From the NCBI GenBank assembly GCA_963693365.1, contig CAVNZM010000008.1, positions 3,129,572 through 3,193,571 of the forward strand: a stretch of DNA of 64,000 bases, in the 5' to 3' direction. The notes below the pieces were generated by a model, which saw only the letters and a list, made by a program, of their open reading frames with translations, was not told the DNA's origin and made no database searches. This DNA is from Amoebidium appalachense. Taxonomy: Eukaryota; Protista; Ichthyosporea. Of the stretch, positions 17,459-38,098 are shown piece after piece; position 1 is the stretch's first letter, and the number at the start of each line of letters is the position of its first letter. The translations under genes were made by a program, and so were the position numbers.

Positions 17459-18946
17459 TTACTCTTGACGCACAGGGGAGTTAAGAAAGTTTCTACTTAT
17501 GTGTATGCTTGTTTATTTTGTGAGAGGTAAAAGCTCTAGGAGAACATTATCAAGACCTACTGCGTGAGGATGACATGTCACAGTCCTACCGCACAATGCG
17601 TGGTGTGATGAGTATGGGGCCTACTATGTTGTGCGAAATTTACATATTACACACGCTGCCTATATTTTTCTATATTTTTCTGGGAGTGTTTCAAGCTTAC
17701 TATACCAAGCCTAGAGATATTCAGTTGTCATCCGTGTGTTTTGAAGACCTGTGTGCGTGTGCAGTGTTGTTGTATACATAGCCTAGGCAGCACATGGCAT
17801 CTTCGTTTCTAGCCCTGCTCTGGTTAATTGTCTTCACCACAGGGTGCCTAACATATTGAGCCTTGCCGAGCTGTAAAAAACTGAGTCGGAGAGGCTCTAT
17901 CGTCAGGAATTGAAACCATACAACTTGAAGCTTTGCCTGGAAAGTGTACGTACCGTTTCGGAACGGAAACTTTTGTTTGCCTTTTTATTGCGGTGGAATG
18001 TGATTGGAATGTCTGTGTTGATCGACGACCTGCTGTGTTTTGCGCAAAACGAGCTCCATGATCGTAATGAGACTCGTCAACGGTCCCTGAGGCTGAGCAC
18101 CTCAGCGAGATGATCCTTTCCCTCATCCCTGTCCGGGCTGTATTGTATTGAAAGTTCCAAGAAAATAATATCATGGGCCACGTCCTATATTGCTACGTTT
18201 GATCCACCAACTCCACCGGCAGACCGTTGCATGCACTACTTGTAATATTATATGCATCCTAACGCAGAATCTGAACCACAGTTGCCAGTCGATGTCAAGC
18301 CGTGGCTTCGGCGTCTCACGACGCAATGTCTTGGCTTGTGCTGATCAAGTCGTTTTCTTGTGCGTAAGAGCACGTTTTGTACGTCTTTTTCTGTCTCCTT
18401 ATTTCTTTCCTTTTTTTCTCTCTCTTTTTTCGTTTTTGCGGGCGTCGACACCTGCGTCCATGTGCGCGCACGTGCATGCGTGCGTGCATGTGTGACGTGT
18501 GTGCATTTGTGCCCTTGTGCGTACACGCTTGCGTTTGGTGTACGTAACAACTTGCTCAAGTGTTTGGATATATGAGTGTTGTGTGAGTAGTGGTTGTTCT
18601 AGACGATATGTGGAAGTATACATACACAAGACATATGTATGAACGTGAAGATGGGACTACGACAGGGGTGGAAGGCGAAGTGAAGTGCTGGGAGTTACAA
18701 AAACTCCTGCTCTTGCGTATCACACATATTACTCTCCTCCCTTAGTAAATGATGGGGTTATGATTGGCTTATCGCGCATCTTCTTGAGTAAGTGATGCTT
18801 TGTAAACCAACCAACGATCATCAACCATCAAGAGACTTCATGAGAGACTGAGAGACTTCGAGTCAACTTTTTTGGCAACTTCACTTAGGCTCTTTTGCTT
18901 TGAACGTCATCAATAAAACCCTGGCAGCATTCAACGTTTATAACAC

Positions 18947-25938
<6,992 letters not shown>

Positions 25939-26186
25939 GAGCATTTCACTCCGTCTCCTTCTCTCCCTGTTTCTCTTTAATCTCTGGTCACCCCCCCCCC
26001 CCCCCTCCCCCCTCCTCTCCTCTTCCTCTCCTCGCTTTCCTCTTACACTCCCCCCCCTCCCCCCCCCCTTTTCCCTCTTGCTCTCTCTGCCTCTCTCTCT
26101 CCGGTGGGCTCTCTCTTTCTCCAATTCCCACTTCGCTCCGTCTCTTTCATCCCTGCCACCCTCTGCCGTAGCCGTCTGGGACACAC

Positions 26187-26249
<63 letters not shown>

Positions 26250-26798
26250 ACACACACACATAGGCAGGCAGACTTTGGCTAACACAAGCATTCGAGCAGG
26301 ACGCAACAGCTTGCACACACTTCGACAATTAAAAAAATTACACACACACACACAGACAGACAGACATCCTCCTACTGTTCAGCAAATTATATGTACGGGC
26401 ATACGCGTTTGTTGTGAAGAAAAGCCTGTTCGAGCTAAAGATCAACTTCAATGAAAGTTAGTGTGCTGGAATGATGTTGCAATTTTGAAACTATTTTTTT
26501 TTTTTCCTCGTTTGATTTTAAATGGGCTTTCCCTTCAGAACCTTCTGCCTTTTTCCTTTTTATAATTTATACACTCAAGTCCCTTCGAGCTCTCTGTTTT
26601 TTTTTTTTTTTTTGCAATGGGTGATCATGTGAAGCCGCCTGTACTTGGGGTAGTTAGTGTGAAAATGTATTGCTTGTGTATCATCGCTGAATGTTGCACA
26701 GTTGTTGTCCTGTGCGCTAAAATATACACGTTCCTGTGCAGTTTATTCCTGCACAACACCCACCCACCCACTCACCCACATACACACACACACACACA

Positions 26799-26902
<104 letters not shown>

Positions 26903-27226
26903 TTTTCGGTCTGTTGATTGGTAACGAAGCAAAAGCTTCCGGAGGACTTCAAGCTAATCAGAAAAGAAATGTGATCTGCTGCACAGAAGGGCTTTTCTTG
27001 TGCACAGCCTAATATTAATAATAATAGACCAGACTAAAAAAAAGTAGGGAAGCCACAGTCCCGCCTCCAAATCCCCCTCCCCCCCCCCCCCCCCCCCCCC
27101 CCCCCCGAGACATCTTTACTTCCATGCAACCGGGCATGGTTGCTCTGTGTCTTGCATCTGTAAGCACATACGCGTTTGTCGCTGCACTACATTAGTTTGC
27201 ACACACATCTTCACCGTTCTGCTCAC

Positions 27227-27512
27227 CTTGCTTGCATAAGCAACCCTGCTCGTCTTTGATCAAGACGGGTTGACCCACCCAAGTTCAGTTGCAATTGATG
27301 CTGCTGTCTGAGTTGGAGCGTCGTATATACGCGGGCTAAGGGGTCGAAACTCAGATGCAATTGATGACTTGGGCCCTCCCTGAGGATGTACTCTGCTTAT
27401 GACGCATACTGTGCGCATGGCTGATGCTGCATACTTGAATGTTTGCCTTTGCATGTATCCTGCACCATGCTTCTCATCGTCTATGCGTACTTCGTACTGT
27501 GTTCCGCATTCA

Positions 27513-27514
<2 letters not shown>
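27227..27514 (+). mobile_element. Dispersed structured repeat family A (SINE-like), copy 1, followed by poly-C
   Basis: Near-identical to 53785-54001 and homologous to 59204-59453; ends in cgcattcaaac(C)n. Confidence 0.8.
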
Positions 27515-27552
<38 letters not shown>

Positions 27553-28035
27553 ACCACCACCACCACCACCACCCACCCACCCACCCACCCACCCACCCCT
27601 CCCCCTTCCATGTTATTTTATTTTCCCCCCAGCCTCGGTAGCCCCTAGAATCTTAATTTTTTGAAAAAAAATAGTACTATTAATCTTATAGGTGATTTAT
27701 TTTAATCCTGAACGACCCCTGTACGTGCACGTGACAATCACACACACACATGCACACTGTCACATGTACACACATACACGTACACACACGGCCCCTTTAA
27801 ATTCCTCTGATGAGCTCAGGATGCATGCCCCAAAAAAGATTGTTACTGCTCTGAGACTCCGCCACCTAATTAGATTCAGTAGAATTGACAAAAATACACC
27901 CGAGGTTTCAACGAAGTCATATGTTTCAGCCATGATAAAGAATTGACTATACGATACATCGAGGTTTCAGCGACGTGAGCTCAGCGGCGAGCTCGACCCA
28001 AGTTGTTGTTGTTGTTGTTCTTGTTGTTGTTTTGT

Positions 28036-28085
<50 letters not shown>

Positions 28086-28260
28086 TGTGCTGCTTAAATC
28101 ATTATTAACGGCATGTAGGTGAGACTGTGGAGAGTTGTCGGGTAGGCCAATAGTACTTCCACGTGCACCCAACAAGATATACATGTAAAAATCGATAGTA
28201 ATTACACATGTAAACATCGACGTCGACGTCGGAGGTTAACCGTTTCGCCACCAAGCATTG

Positions 28261-28528
28261 ACTCCCGAGGTTTTGTGTACACCCGAGGTTTCCATGAATC
28301 CACCGGCGTCGGCCAAGCCTCCCCCTGCAGGAGACCCGAGCTTTCAGCGACCGGTACCAAGAGTAGACTATACAGTTCATGTACACCCGAGGTTTCATGT
28401 ACTCCCGAGGTTTCATGTACTCCCGAGGTTTCATTTACTCCCGAGGTTTCATGTACTCCCGAGGTTTCATGTATTCCCGGGGTTTCATGTACTCCCGAGG
28501 TTTCATGTACTCAGTCCTGAGGTTTCAT
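28261..28528 (+). repeat. 18-bp tandem repeat (actcccgaggtttcatgt) x about 8, plus degenerate upstream copies
   Basis: Direct inspection of 28383-28528; related CCCGAGGTTTC cores at 27899, 28264, 28282 and 28335. Confidence 0.92.
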
Positions 28529-28921
28529 CCACCAAGCTACCTGCCACCTACTGAGATGGCTCCTTATTTTTCCTTACACATTCAGCGAACACTGGACTCT
28601 ATCGAACCGTCGAGGCGCCGCGACGTAAAGCATGCACGCGGTCGCGAGAGTGTAACCGCCTGCAGCGAACGTAAAGTTCATCGCAGCGCGTGCACACCGT
28701 CAGTACGTGTGAGCCAAGCTACTCTGGGAAACCAACAAAACACAACTCAGCCCGAAGTAGTCGGTTTGATGATTGTTATGTACCGGCAGTTCGTTTCTTC
28801 AGAAAATCCTAGGCCCTTTACGCTTAGTGGTGCGCGTTTCCTTAATTCCAAGCCATATTAGGTACTGTAGTTTTTCTCTTCTGCACACGCACACACCATC
28901 CGCTCGAGCGATAGGTCAATA

Positions 28922-30165
28922 ATGGTTCCTGCAACAACCCGAACAAGGTCGGTCACTCGCAGCGGGCAGGTACGGGCGCGGACGAGTGACGAGGTGGTGG
29001 TGAAGGAAGAGGCGGGGGTGGAGGAAGAGGCGCAGATTCACACAGACGACAGGGGGGCAGTGCGGCTGAGCGGCAAGCGGCCGGCCGAGGAGATACCCAG
29101 TGGCCGCGTGGGCAGACCACGGCACGCCATGCCCCAAAGCAGCCGGCCACAGAACCAAAACAAAGCAAAAAGGGGAAAACACACACGGGAGAGGATGAGG
29201 ATGAAACTGTGGAACGAAGGGGACTGATGACGATAGCCAAAATAAGTACACGGAGGTCTCTTACGAACATAACGGACAGAAAACGGCCTGGACGAGAAAG
29301 CGACGGAGATGAAGAGGGAAGGGAGGTGATGATTGTGGACGGGGGAGTATCTGAGAAGACGCGGCGTGTTCTGGTGTGCAAATATGGCTGTGGATACCAA
29401 ACTCGCAAGAGCAGCCACCTGGTTACACATTTGCGGACACGTACGGGAGAAAGACCGCATGTGTGCTCTGAGCCTGGGTGTGGTTCACGGTTTATGGAAA
29501 GCGGTACGCTGAGAAGACATGTGCGCACACACACAGGAGAGAGGCCCTATGTTTGTGAACACGAGGGGTGGGGTGAACGGTTTGGCAACCCAACCCCTTA
29601 AAAAAAGCACATCCATACACACACGGGGGAGAAAAAGTACAAGTGCCCATATTATGATTGCAAAAGGTCATTTGTGCAGCAACCCACCTTAACCAGACAC
29701 CTGCGCACACACACAGGGGAGAGACCTTATCCGTGCTCCTTCCCCGGCTGTAGGGCTACCTTTCCCACTAGTTATAGCTTGAGCCGATATAGACGCAGAC
29801 ACACGGGAGAGAGGCCCTACACATGTGAAATCCCCGGCTGCTCAAAGAGGTTTGCTTATAGAGGTGTTCTTGCTGGGCATATGCGCACACACACGGGGGA
29901 GCAGCCACATCCCTGCACACACCCTGGGTGCACTAAACGGTTTGCACGGAAATCAAACCTTACAGTGCATTTGCGCACACACACGGGGGAGAAGCCGTAC
30001 GAGTGTGAACACCCCGGCTGCTCGAGGAGGTTTTCTAGAAAATTTCATTATAATAGGCATATGCACACAAACGGCGGAAAAACTGTCTGACAGCACGCAA
30101 GCAGGAAGAGACAGAGAGATTGTATAAGACACCAAACATACATGCGCACACACACGGGGGAACCA
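28922..30165 (+). pseudogene. Intronless C2H2 zinc-finger array (about 8 fingers) pseudogene
   Basis: Repeated HTGE(R/K)PY-C-x4-C linkers; frameshift near 29210-29227; in-frame TAA at 29599; lost Zn ligands ([21 protein letters not shown]); TGA at 30088 before a further MRTHTGE fragment. Confidence 0.85.
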
Positions 30166-30374
30166 AATATGGTGTGGCTACATGGATGGTGGCTAGGCTT
30201 AATTTTGTCGTTTTACCCCCCTCCCTCCCTCCCCCCCCCCCCCTCCTCCTCCTCCTCCTCCTTTCCCTCCATATATACTGTGGGCACGGGTAATATTACA
30301 TCTTTGTGGTGGGGAATGTTATTTTGGGAAGGGGGGGGGGGGCAGGGGGGGGTTTGGCTTTTCTTGGCTTTTTG

Positions 30375-30419
<45 letters not shown>

Positions 30420-31428
30420 CGAATTCTCGTCTTTGTGTGCACCTTTCTCTCAGGTGAAGAAACCTGTTATCGTATGCAGAATATTAGCTTGCCGACATTA
30501 TAATACGAACATAATTGTTGGGATGTAAACAAAGGCTGCCAAGGGCACGCTTGTATTACAATACTACCAATATCAGTTTGGACTTAAAAAGTTGTCTATG
30601 AAAATCCAATCCATATCCACCAATAAAACGCAAGTATATTGTGTCACACTGTACTTCCCTTAAGGGCCTTAGTGGAGTGAATGGTGGTTGTCTATACCTG
30701 CATGCGGCATCAGTCCACCTGGCTGTGGCTGCAGAAAAATACGTCAATGTGCACAGAATCAAGTGGTGTGTGCGTGTGTGTGTGTGTGTGTGTGTCTGTA
30801 TGTGTCCGTGTGTGCGTGTGTGCGTGTGTGTGTGTGCGCGCGCTCGCGTGCGTGCGGATGTGTGCACACGTGCCACGGTGTTGGTGTGCGTACGTGAGTG
30901 TGTGTGTATGTGTGCACGGGTAAGCGTGTATGTTTGGTGTTCATGTGCAGGGCCTTGTGCATGCGCGCTGATTAGTGTGCGTGTGTGTGTGCGCACGCAT
31001 ACTCGTACATGTGTTTGTGTGCGCATGCGTGTGCGTGTCTCACACTGTTTGTGTTTGTTTCACACAACGTTTGTGACGTGCTAATGACCCCCCCTCCCCT
31101 CCCTCCCCCCTCCCCCTCCCCCTCCCCTCCTTGCTGTACACTTGCCCCCCTCAGGCGGCCTCCCGTCTTCCCCAACAACCTTCTGGGGAAGGTAGGTAGA
31201 TTACTGTATTAGATTACCGCAGCAGGGTTGCGCCCGCATCATGCTGAGGCGACACCCTATTTATGTACAAACTATGCAGCACATTTATTTAGCTGATGGG
31301 TGGGCCAATGGGCGGGTACCGGTGGGCTAAGTACCTAATGCGTGACTGTGTGTGTACATGTGTCTGTGCATGTGGCGCCAGGCCTGGGGAACCGTTTTCG
31401 TTTATTTTTTTTATATTATTATTTTTTT

Positions 31429-31459
<31 letters not shown>

Positions 31460-31518
31460 GGTCGCAATCGGATTGGGCTACCTGCTTCATATCACAAAGC
31501 AAGGATTTGATAACCACT

Positions 31519-31660
31519 GGACATTCTAGGAGAGTTGGATATTCTGGAATTTTTTGGATATTCTGGGAAGTTGGGTATTCTGGAATTTTCGGATATTCTG
31601 GGAAAGTCGGATATTCTGGAAATTTTGGATATTCTAGGAATTTTTGGATATTCTGGGAAA
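31519..31660. repeat. 18-19 bp tandem repeat (ggatattctggaattttt) x about 8
   Basis: Direct inspection. Confidence 0.9.
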
Positions 31661-31815
31661 ATGGCATTGCCACAGGCCACGGGAGTGATTCTGCATCATG
31701 TTGAACACGAGTACTCGGCCTTCTACATCTCTAAGGAAGGGGTAACTGCTGTCAGACTGAGGGGGGATCTGCACGGTTTATAAGGTGTGTTTGTGGTGTG
31801 TTTGTGTGTGTGTGT

Positions 31816-31850
<35 letters not shown>

Positions 31851-31989
31851 GGTCGCTGAATATCAAGGCGTATTATAATCGGATAGCTGGCCACCTTAAC
31901 AGTTGAGGCCACGTCATATGAAAGCCAATACTTAACCTGAGGTTAGTATTCTTAGTATTTCTCATGATATCTACATAAACGTCACATCG

Positions 31990-32620
31990 CGAATTAGGGA
32001 TTCTTGATTCTGAAACAGGGAGGAGGGTAGTAGTAAATCTGCCAGGGAGGGGGGAGGCCGGGGGGGGGGGGGGGGGGGGGGTTCCTCCCCCAGGGGGAAA
32101 GGGGGGGGAGGGGGAGGGGATGTTGGGGGGGGGGGGGGGGGGGAGGGGGGACCCGCCCACCCCATAGGCTGCCATATTGTGACTATATCAGATTACCTGA
32201 TCATATAATCGTACTATAATCTGGCAGCGGTTAACATACCTTGCCACAACTGATAAACAATGAGGCTGCACCGTAAATAGGATTCCTTGATCACCTGAAA
32301 CTCAGGTTATATGACGTACAGTCATGCTGAGCCCCCCCCCCCCCCTCCTTCCCCCCCCCCCCCCCCCCCCCCTCGCACTCGTCTCCAGTCGCCTCACCGC
32401 GCACGCACACACACATTTTCACACGCATATATAATTCCCACGTACCTGCACACACATGTACCACACACGCACACGAAGTGCACAAACTTTGGCCAGCGAT
32501 GAGCACCCGACATATGCATGAACATGCAGATACAGTGGCACCCACACCACATGTTCACATACATTTTCCGCCACTGACACAGATACGCACGTACACACTG
32601 CACGGTGAGCATGATAACCT
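31990..32620 (+). repeat. Dispersed repeat family B, copy 1
   Basis: Shares gatcacctgaaactcagg, gcatgaacatgcagatac, acactgca(c/a)ggt and ggagggtagtagtaa with 33930-34625 (inverted) and/or 40480-41215 (direct). Confidence 0.8.
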
Positions 32621-33057
32621 TGCCTTCAATAGTTCATACTTAAGATATAGTTGACCATTACGTGTGTGTGTGTTGGTGTGCGCGCGTGTGTGTATGTGTG
32701 TGTGTGTGCGCGTGTCTGCGCGTGCGCGTGCACGTGCATTTACTTGTGTAAATGAGCATGATGAGGGAGGGGCGGGGGGGGGGGGGGGGGGGGGGGGAGG
32801 GGGGGGGGGGAGTAGGTAAGTGGGGGGGGGGGGAGGGCAGGGAGGGGGGGAGGGAGAGGTCATAGAAATTGTTATAGGCATATAGTACACATTTACCGTG
32901 GACCTTGACAACACAAAGCAGACCTTGCAAAGAACACACAAAAAGTATGCATTCGGTAGACTCTGAAGGGCACCAGCGCGAAGGGATGGGAAGTGTGTGT
33001 GTCTGTGTGTGTGTGTGTGTCTGTGTGTGTGTGTGTGTGTGACTGTGTGTGTGTGAC

Positions 33058-33141
<84 letters not shown>

Positions 33142-33683
33142 GGCGGGGTCCGGGGTAGGTGGATGGGTGGGTGACGGGGGCAAAGGGGGGGAATATGCTA
33201 ATATGCTTGATGATGACCAGGGGGCAAAACAGAAGCATCGTATTCCTCCGAAAGAAGGGGAAAAAAAAGAAAGAAAAAAAAAAGGAACGATTACAACCTT
33301 TGGTGGGTGGAAAAGAGACTCGGGTCACGATCACGCGCGTGCGCCGCTTCTGTGGGGGGACCCACCCACCTCTGCGGTAAACTGGGGAGGGGGGTGGAGA
33401 GGGGTATCACCAGGGGGGATTGTGCAGGGACGTCGACTCGATGATATTTACTGCTCCCCACCCTCCCATTTCAAATTCCAAAACCCCTACCAACATAGAC
33501 CTTGCAGTAAAAGAAAAAAGATGGCCTGGTGCTGTACGTCCAGTACACTGTAGCACAGTCCTCCATGCCAGAGTCGATATCCAATGAGACCATGAACAAG
33601 GGATTTTTTGGGTTAAAATTGGGAGGGAGGGAGTAGCAAATGTCGATGTTTCCCCTGGTGGCCACATTACCCCCTTCCTAGCT

Positions 33684-33715
<32 letters not shown>

Positions 33716-33929
33716 GGGGGGGGGGAGGGGGGCCACCATCCTCGGCAGACAGGGTGGGTGGGTCCTCTGTCATCCCCCCTCCCCCCCTTCCCGCCGGGTA
33801 GCTGCAGGGGTGATCGGCCCCCCCGTACACGTGTCATTGACCAATCATCTCTTTTCCATCCACTTAGCTTGCTGTATTCGGTACGGTCAAGTGGCTATAT
33901 ATTATACTGACCTATGATTCATTGCATGC

Positions 33930-34238
33930 ATGTGCTTACCTTGCAGTGTTCGTGTGCGGGTCTGCGTGACGGAGATGGTATGTATGTGTGTAACAGCTGA
34001 GGATGAGTGTATCTGCATGTTCATGCCTGGTGCACAGTCCTGGTTTGTGCACCTCGTGTGCATGTGTGGTACATGTGTGTTCAGGTACGTGTGATATTTC
34101 CATACAAGGAACCTGCAAACCTTTTGAACCGTTTTTTGCGAAATGAGCCCTTACGTGTGGCAGTGCGAGCGTGTGTGCGCGCACAGTATGGAGACTGGAG
34201 ACGAGTCCCGCCCAGGCCAACGAAGGGAGGGAGGGGGA

Positions 34239-34278
<40 letters not shown>

Positions 34279-34481
34279 GGGGGGGGGGGGAGCTCGAGTA
34301 TGACCGTACGGTGTAGCCTGAGTTTCAGGTGATCAAAGAGTCCTATCCACTGAATAACTTTCCATGTTTACGGTTTGGGAACTTGTATGTAAATTGCATC
34401 ATGCATAGTACTATTGTATGATACGAAGATTTTACTTAATCACGGCAGCTTTTTTTTTTCTTTTTTTTTTTTTTTTTTTGT

Positions 34482-34516
<35 letters not shown>

Positions 34517-34625
34517 AGAAAGAGGGGACCCACCTGTCCAACAGGGGGAAGTGGGTCCCCTTCCCCCCTCCCCAAGGGTTCAAGCGCTATCCCCCGGCTC
34601 TCCCCGTTTCAAAACCAAGAATCCC
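33930..34625 (-). repeat. Dispersed repeat family B, copy 2 (inverted)
   Basis: cctgagtttcaggtgatcaa (about 34317-34337) and gtatctgcatgttcatgc (about 34009-34026) are reverse complements of copy 1 segments. Confidence 0.8.
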
Positions 34626-35006
34626 CGACGTTGTGCCGCATAAAGCAGATTCGGAGGCTACAGCTAAACACTTTTTTATTCAACTCAGCGACGCCATGAA
34701 ACAGAAAGGTGTCAAGTCAAGTTTTTGATACACATTCTACAGCCTCCCGGAATTCCCTTACAAGGTGCCGGTGTCTTGGGTCTACATACTATATGTCATG
34801 CCAATTCAATTTTCAAAGAGATTTACTTTCTAAGTCTACCCAAGTGGCCATGCACACCAGGAGTTATTCACTTATACTTAAATGCTTTCGAAGTCATAAT
34901 CTATATCTACCTTCAATGATTACTGATTAGAGTTCAACTCAAAACTAATTGCCATCAAGCGTAACACAGCCCCCCCCCCCCTCCCCCCCCCCCCCCCTCC
35001 CTCCCC

Positions 35007-35050
<44 letters not shown>

Positions 35051-35314
35051 CCCGCGGATTCCACCACCATATACGCACAAACACACCTGCCAACTTTCAA
35101 AAACAAAATGGTTTTCTATGTGTTATTATTTGCAATCTTCGTGAAATTTAAGACCAACAGATATCTTGAAAAAGCAAAACAGGCACCAAGAAAAAGTTTC
35201 AACGATCCAAAGAAAGACCTTCTCATGTGAAGACCAAAAACCAGTTTGGAAAAAAAACAAGAGAAAAAACATGGCACGAAAACACACACACACATGCATC
35301 ATCACCACAAACGC

Positions 35315-38098
35315 CTACGAGTCCACCTCCAGTGCCACTGACGCGAGGGGCAAACTCAAGTTTACAACATTGACACCGCTGTGTGTGGACTTAGACTGCA
35401 GGGGTTTGGCCTTGGGCCGATACGTCTGCCCGTAAATAGTCTCAACACTCGTCGACGGGACAAAGACATTCTCATATCCACCCGACACACCCACCGTCGC
35501 GCCCTTTTCCGCAACCGATTTCTCCTTTTTGTTCGACTCGACAACCACCGCCGCCACCTCCGTACGCGTGCTGGACGCAGGAATGTCGACATTGGCCATT
35601 TTTGGGAATTCTTCAGCCAATGAACTGCAAGAACGGTCCGCGTTCGCAACGCCGTGATCGCCGCCACGCACAGACATGCTTGAGCCGCGACCCGCCTGTT
35701 TGCGCGACAACGAGAAGAGAATTCGACGCCACACGCTACGTTTCACGGCACCGCCCGTTGCACCCACTGCCGCAGGAGGTGTGTGTTGTGATTTCTTTTC
35801 CCGTCGGTGGACTTTGAGCACATCCGAGCCCAAGGGGAACCACATCTCCTCCTGCACCAAGTCGGTGTTGCTCACACCGTCACCCGTCGAGTTGACGAAG
35901 TCGCGCAAACGGCCGTTTTCTTCCGCCGACAGTACGAATTCCGCTGCGTGAGTGAAAAGATCATTTGCCTTTTTTAGGCAAAGATTCTGTGACGGGCACC
36001 TAGACGCGGGCGGCCCGGATGGCTGCACGGTGGGGAAAAAGTCCGAGAGGCTGGGCGGCGCGAGGAACCTGCGGGGTTTCGTAGAGAGGGGGGGTCCCTT
36101 ATAGCGGTACAGGCCGGTGGCGGGGTCAACGGCATAGAGTGGAAGGAGGGCCCAAGCGTGAAGGGCCACCTGTTCAATGGCCGATATGACATAGTCGAGA
36201 GAATCATCGTCTGTGTAGAAATTGAACGTGAGACGCACGGCGCCGGGCTGTAGAACGCCGGAGGGAGGTTCGCTAGCGTCACCTACATTGATCCACGGGA
36301 TGGGGTAGAGGATGGATTGTTGGCTCGAGCTGTCAAATGACCCCGCACCTACTTGGATCCCGAAGATGTCGCTCAAAACAGCTGCTACGTAGTTGTGATG
36401 CAAGTATCGCTTGCTGGGCTGGCCATCTGAGTTGGAATCAACGGTGGGGTCGATGACGTTGAAAGTGAGGAAGGGTAGGCGCGTCGGGCCGTAGTAGGCA
36501 AGGAACTGGCTGCCTCCCAGTTCGATAAAAGGGTGGTGGGACCAGCTGCGTAGTGCCCTGTTTAGGGCCCTCCTCCCCCGACTGTGTATGGTGTCCCCAC
36601 CAACCATCTCCTTCAATCTCAAAACGAGCCCCAGGCGGATGGCCGCGAGCGAAAGCGCGGCGTCATTGGGATGTTGGGAAACGAGGCTCATGCCCTCTGC
36701 GAAACTCTTTTTCGTGACAAACACACTGCTTGCTTGCGGCCCACCGACAAAATGATCCCCGCGGAAAAACAGCCCCGTGATGTTGCTCATGTCCATCGCG
36801 ACGTGTGGCGCGGCGAGGGTGTAATCGCAGAACACTTCAAACCCGTGACTTCTTAGCATGGATGCGGCGGGGGGCACGTCCACCGCCACCCCTGTCAGGG
36901 CACATGCCGCGCTGATGAGTGCTAATTTAACACTACGACGAGAAAACTTTTGCGCAAAATATTGAATGTCGACCGCTTCGAGCGTACCCGTTTCCGAATT
37001 TGCCAACATGCGCACGACTTCTGCGCCCGTCATTTCGAAAAGAGACTGGTGGTAGTCGGGGGTGAATGGACACAATAGAACGACGGGCCGCTGATCGGGA
37101 TCGGGGAAAGTTTTGTCGGTGCTTTCCCGTAGAGATGTCCACTGAATAAGGGGGGAGAGGGGAAAAGACAAAGGGTGAGTGCACGTATTATGTTTTCAGG
37201 TTTGAATTCAGATGGCTGCACAAGATTTCGATGGTAGAGTCAAGGGTGCTTGTCATCAAATGAACGTGTGGTCAACTACATGTAAATATATTGTGGAACA
37301 TGAGTCGTAAGCTACTTTCAGAGAGGTTAACACGTGTGCAAAAACAAGTACGTCTGCGTCACAACACCCGGTGCACACGTTGGCAACACATTTCTGCATG
37401 CACACACACGCGCGCGCGTGCGCGCGTCGACTTCCGCACACAGGTAGACGCACACACGCACAAAACACAAAAGCACAGGCACACACACCACACACACAGC
37501 TTTCATACGGAACACACACAAATACCGTCACAGTCACACACACAGTTGTCAGAACGCCCACTCGAACACGAATGGGTGGGCACGAGTGACTGGGCAAACA
37601 TGCATATGAAGTGTAGCGGAAAACTCAAACACACGAACAACCAACACAGGCGAGCAGCCACACATAAAGCGCACCAACCTGGATAATGCTGTTGATAACC
37701 ACTTCGTTTCCACCTGCATAGAACGACACTGCGTGCCTTTTGCTCTCCCCACCCACTGCACACAATACCGTTTCTTTCACTTCTTCCATCAACCCTCCTG
37801 TCGCCCTTCCACTGAGCGCCTGTTGCTGTTCAGATACACTACCATGGATAGGAGACACGGCAGCAAGCATAAACGCCTCAATAAACGTCAGTTGACGAGA
37901 ACATGAGGTGGAGTCTACGCTATAAAGCCTCCTGTTTCCAAACGGTGTTGATGTGACTGCATGACGCCCCAAGATTGATTTTTGAATCCGTGAAATTAGG
38001 CGCTCAAGGTCGCGTGGGTGTACGTCTGAGTCCATGGCAGTGCGTGTGCGCTCTGGGGCAAGGTCCAGATACGCCTGGATGTGCTCTGTATTGTTCAT
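35315..38098 (-). CDS. Class-V PLP-dependent aminotransferase / cysteine desulfurase-fold protein, probably catalytically inactive. Exons 38098-37679 and 37141-35315 (about 748 aa)
   Basis: Motifs STPFGNRRL...FIE, SAAC..TG, DYTLAAPHV, FVGGPQ, AIRLGLVLRLKEMVG, RYLHHNYVAAVLSDIFGIQ, PGAVRLTFNFY and WALLPLY match the eukaryotic/bacterial class-V family. Phase-0 intron SIIQ|WTSL. Confidence 0.85.

Noticed and set aside
28383-28528. CRISPR-like appearance of regular repeats (also 31519-31660)
   Set aside because: Head-to-tail units with no unique spacers, no cas genes, and a eukaryotic context.
29599-29601. Stop-codon readthrough or an alternative genetic code in the ZF gene
   Set aside because: TAA replaces the conserved Leu (TTA) of the finger, other lesions co-occur, and other genes in the window end in TAA, TAG and TGA normally.
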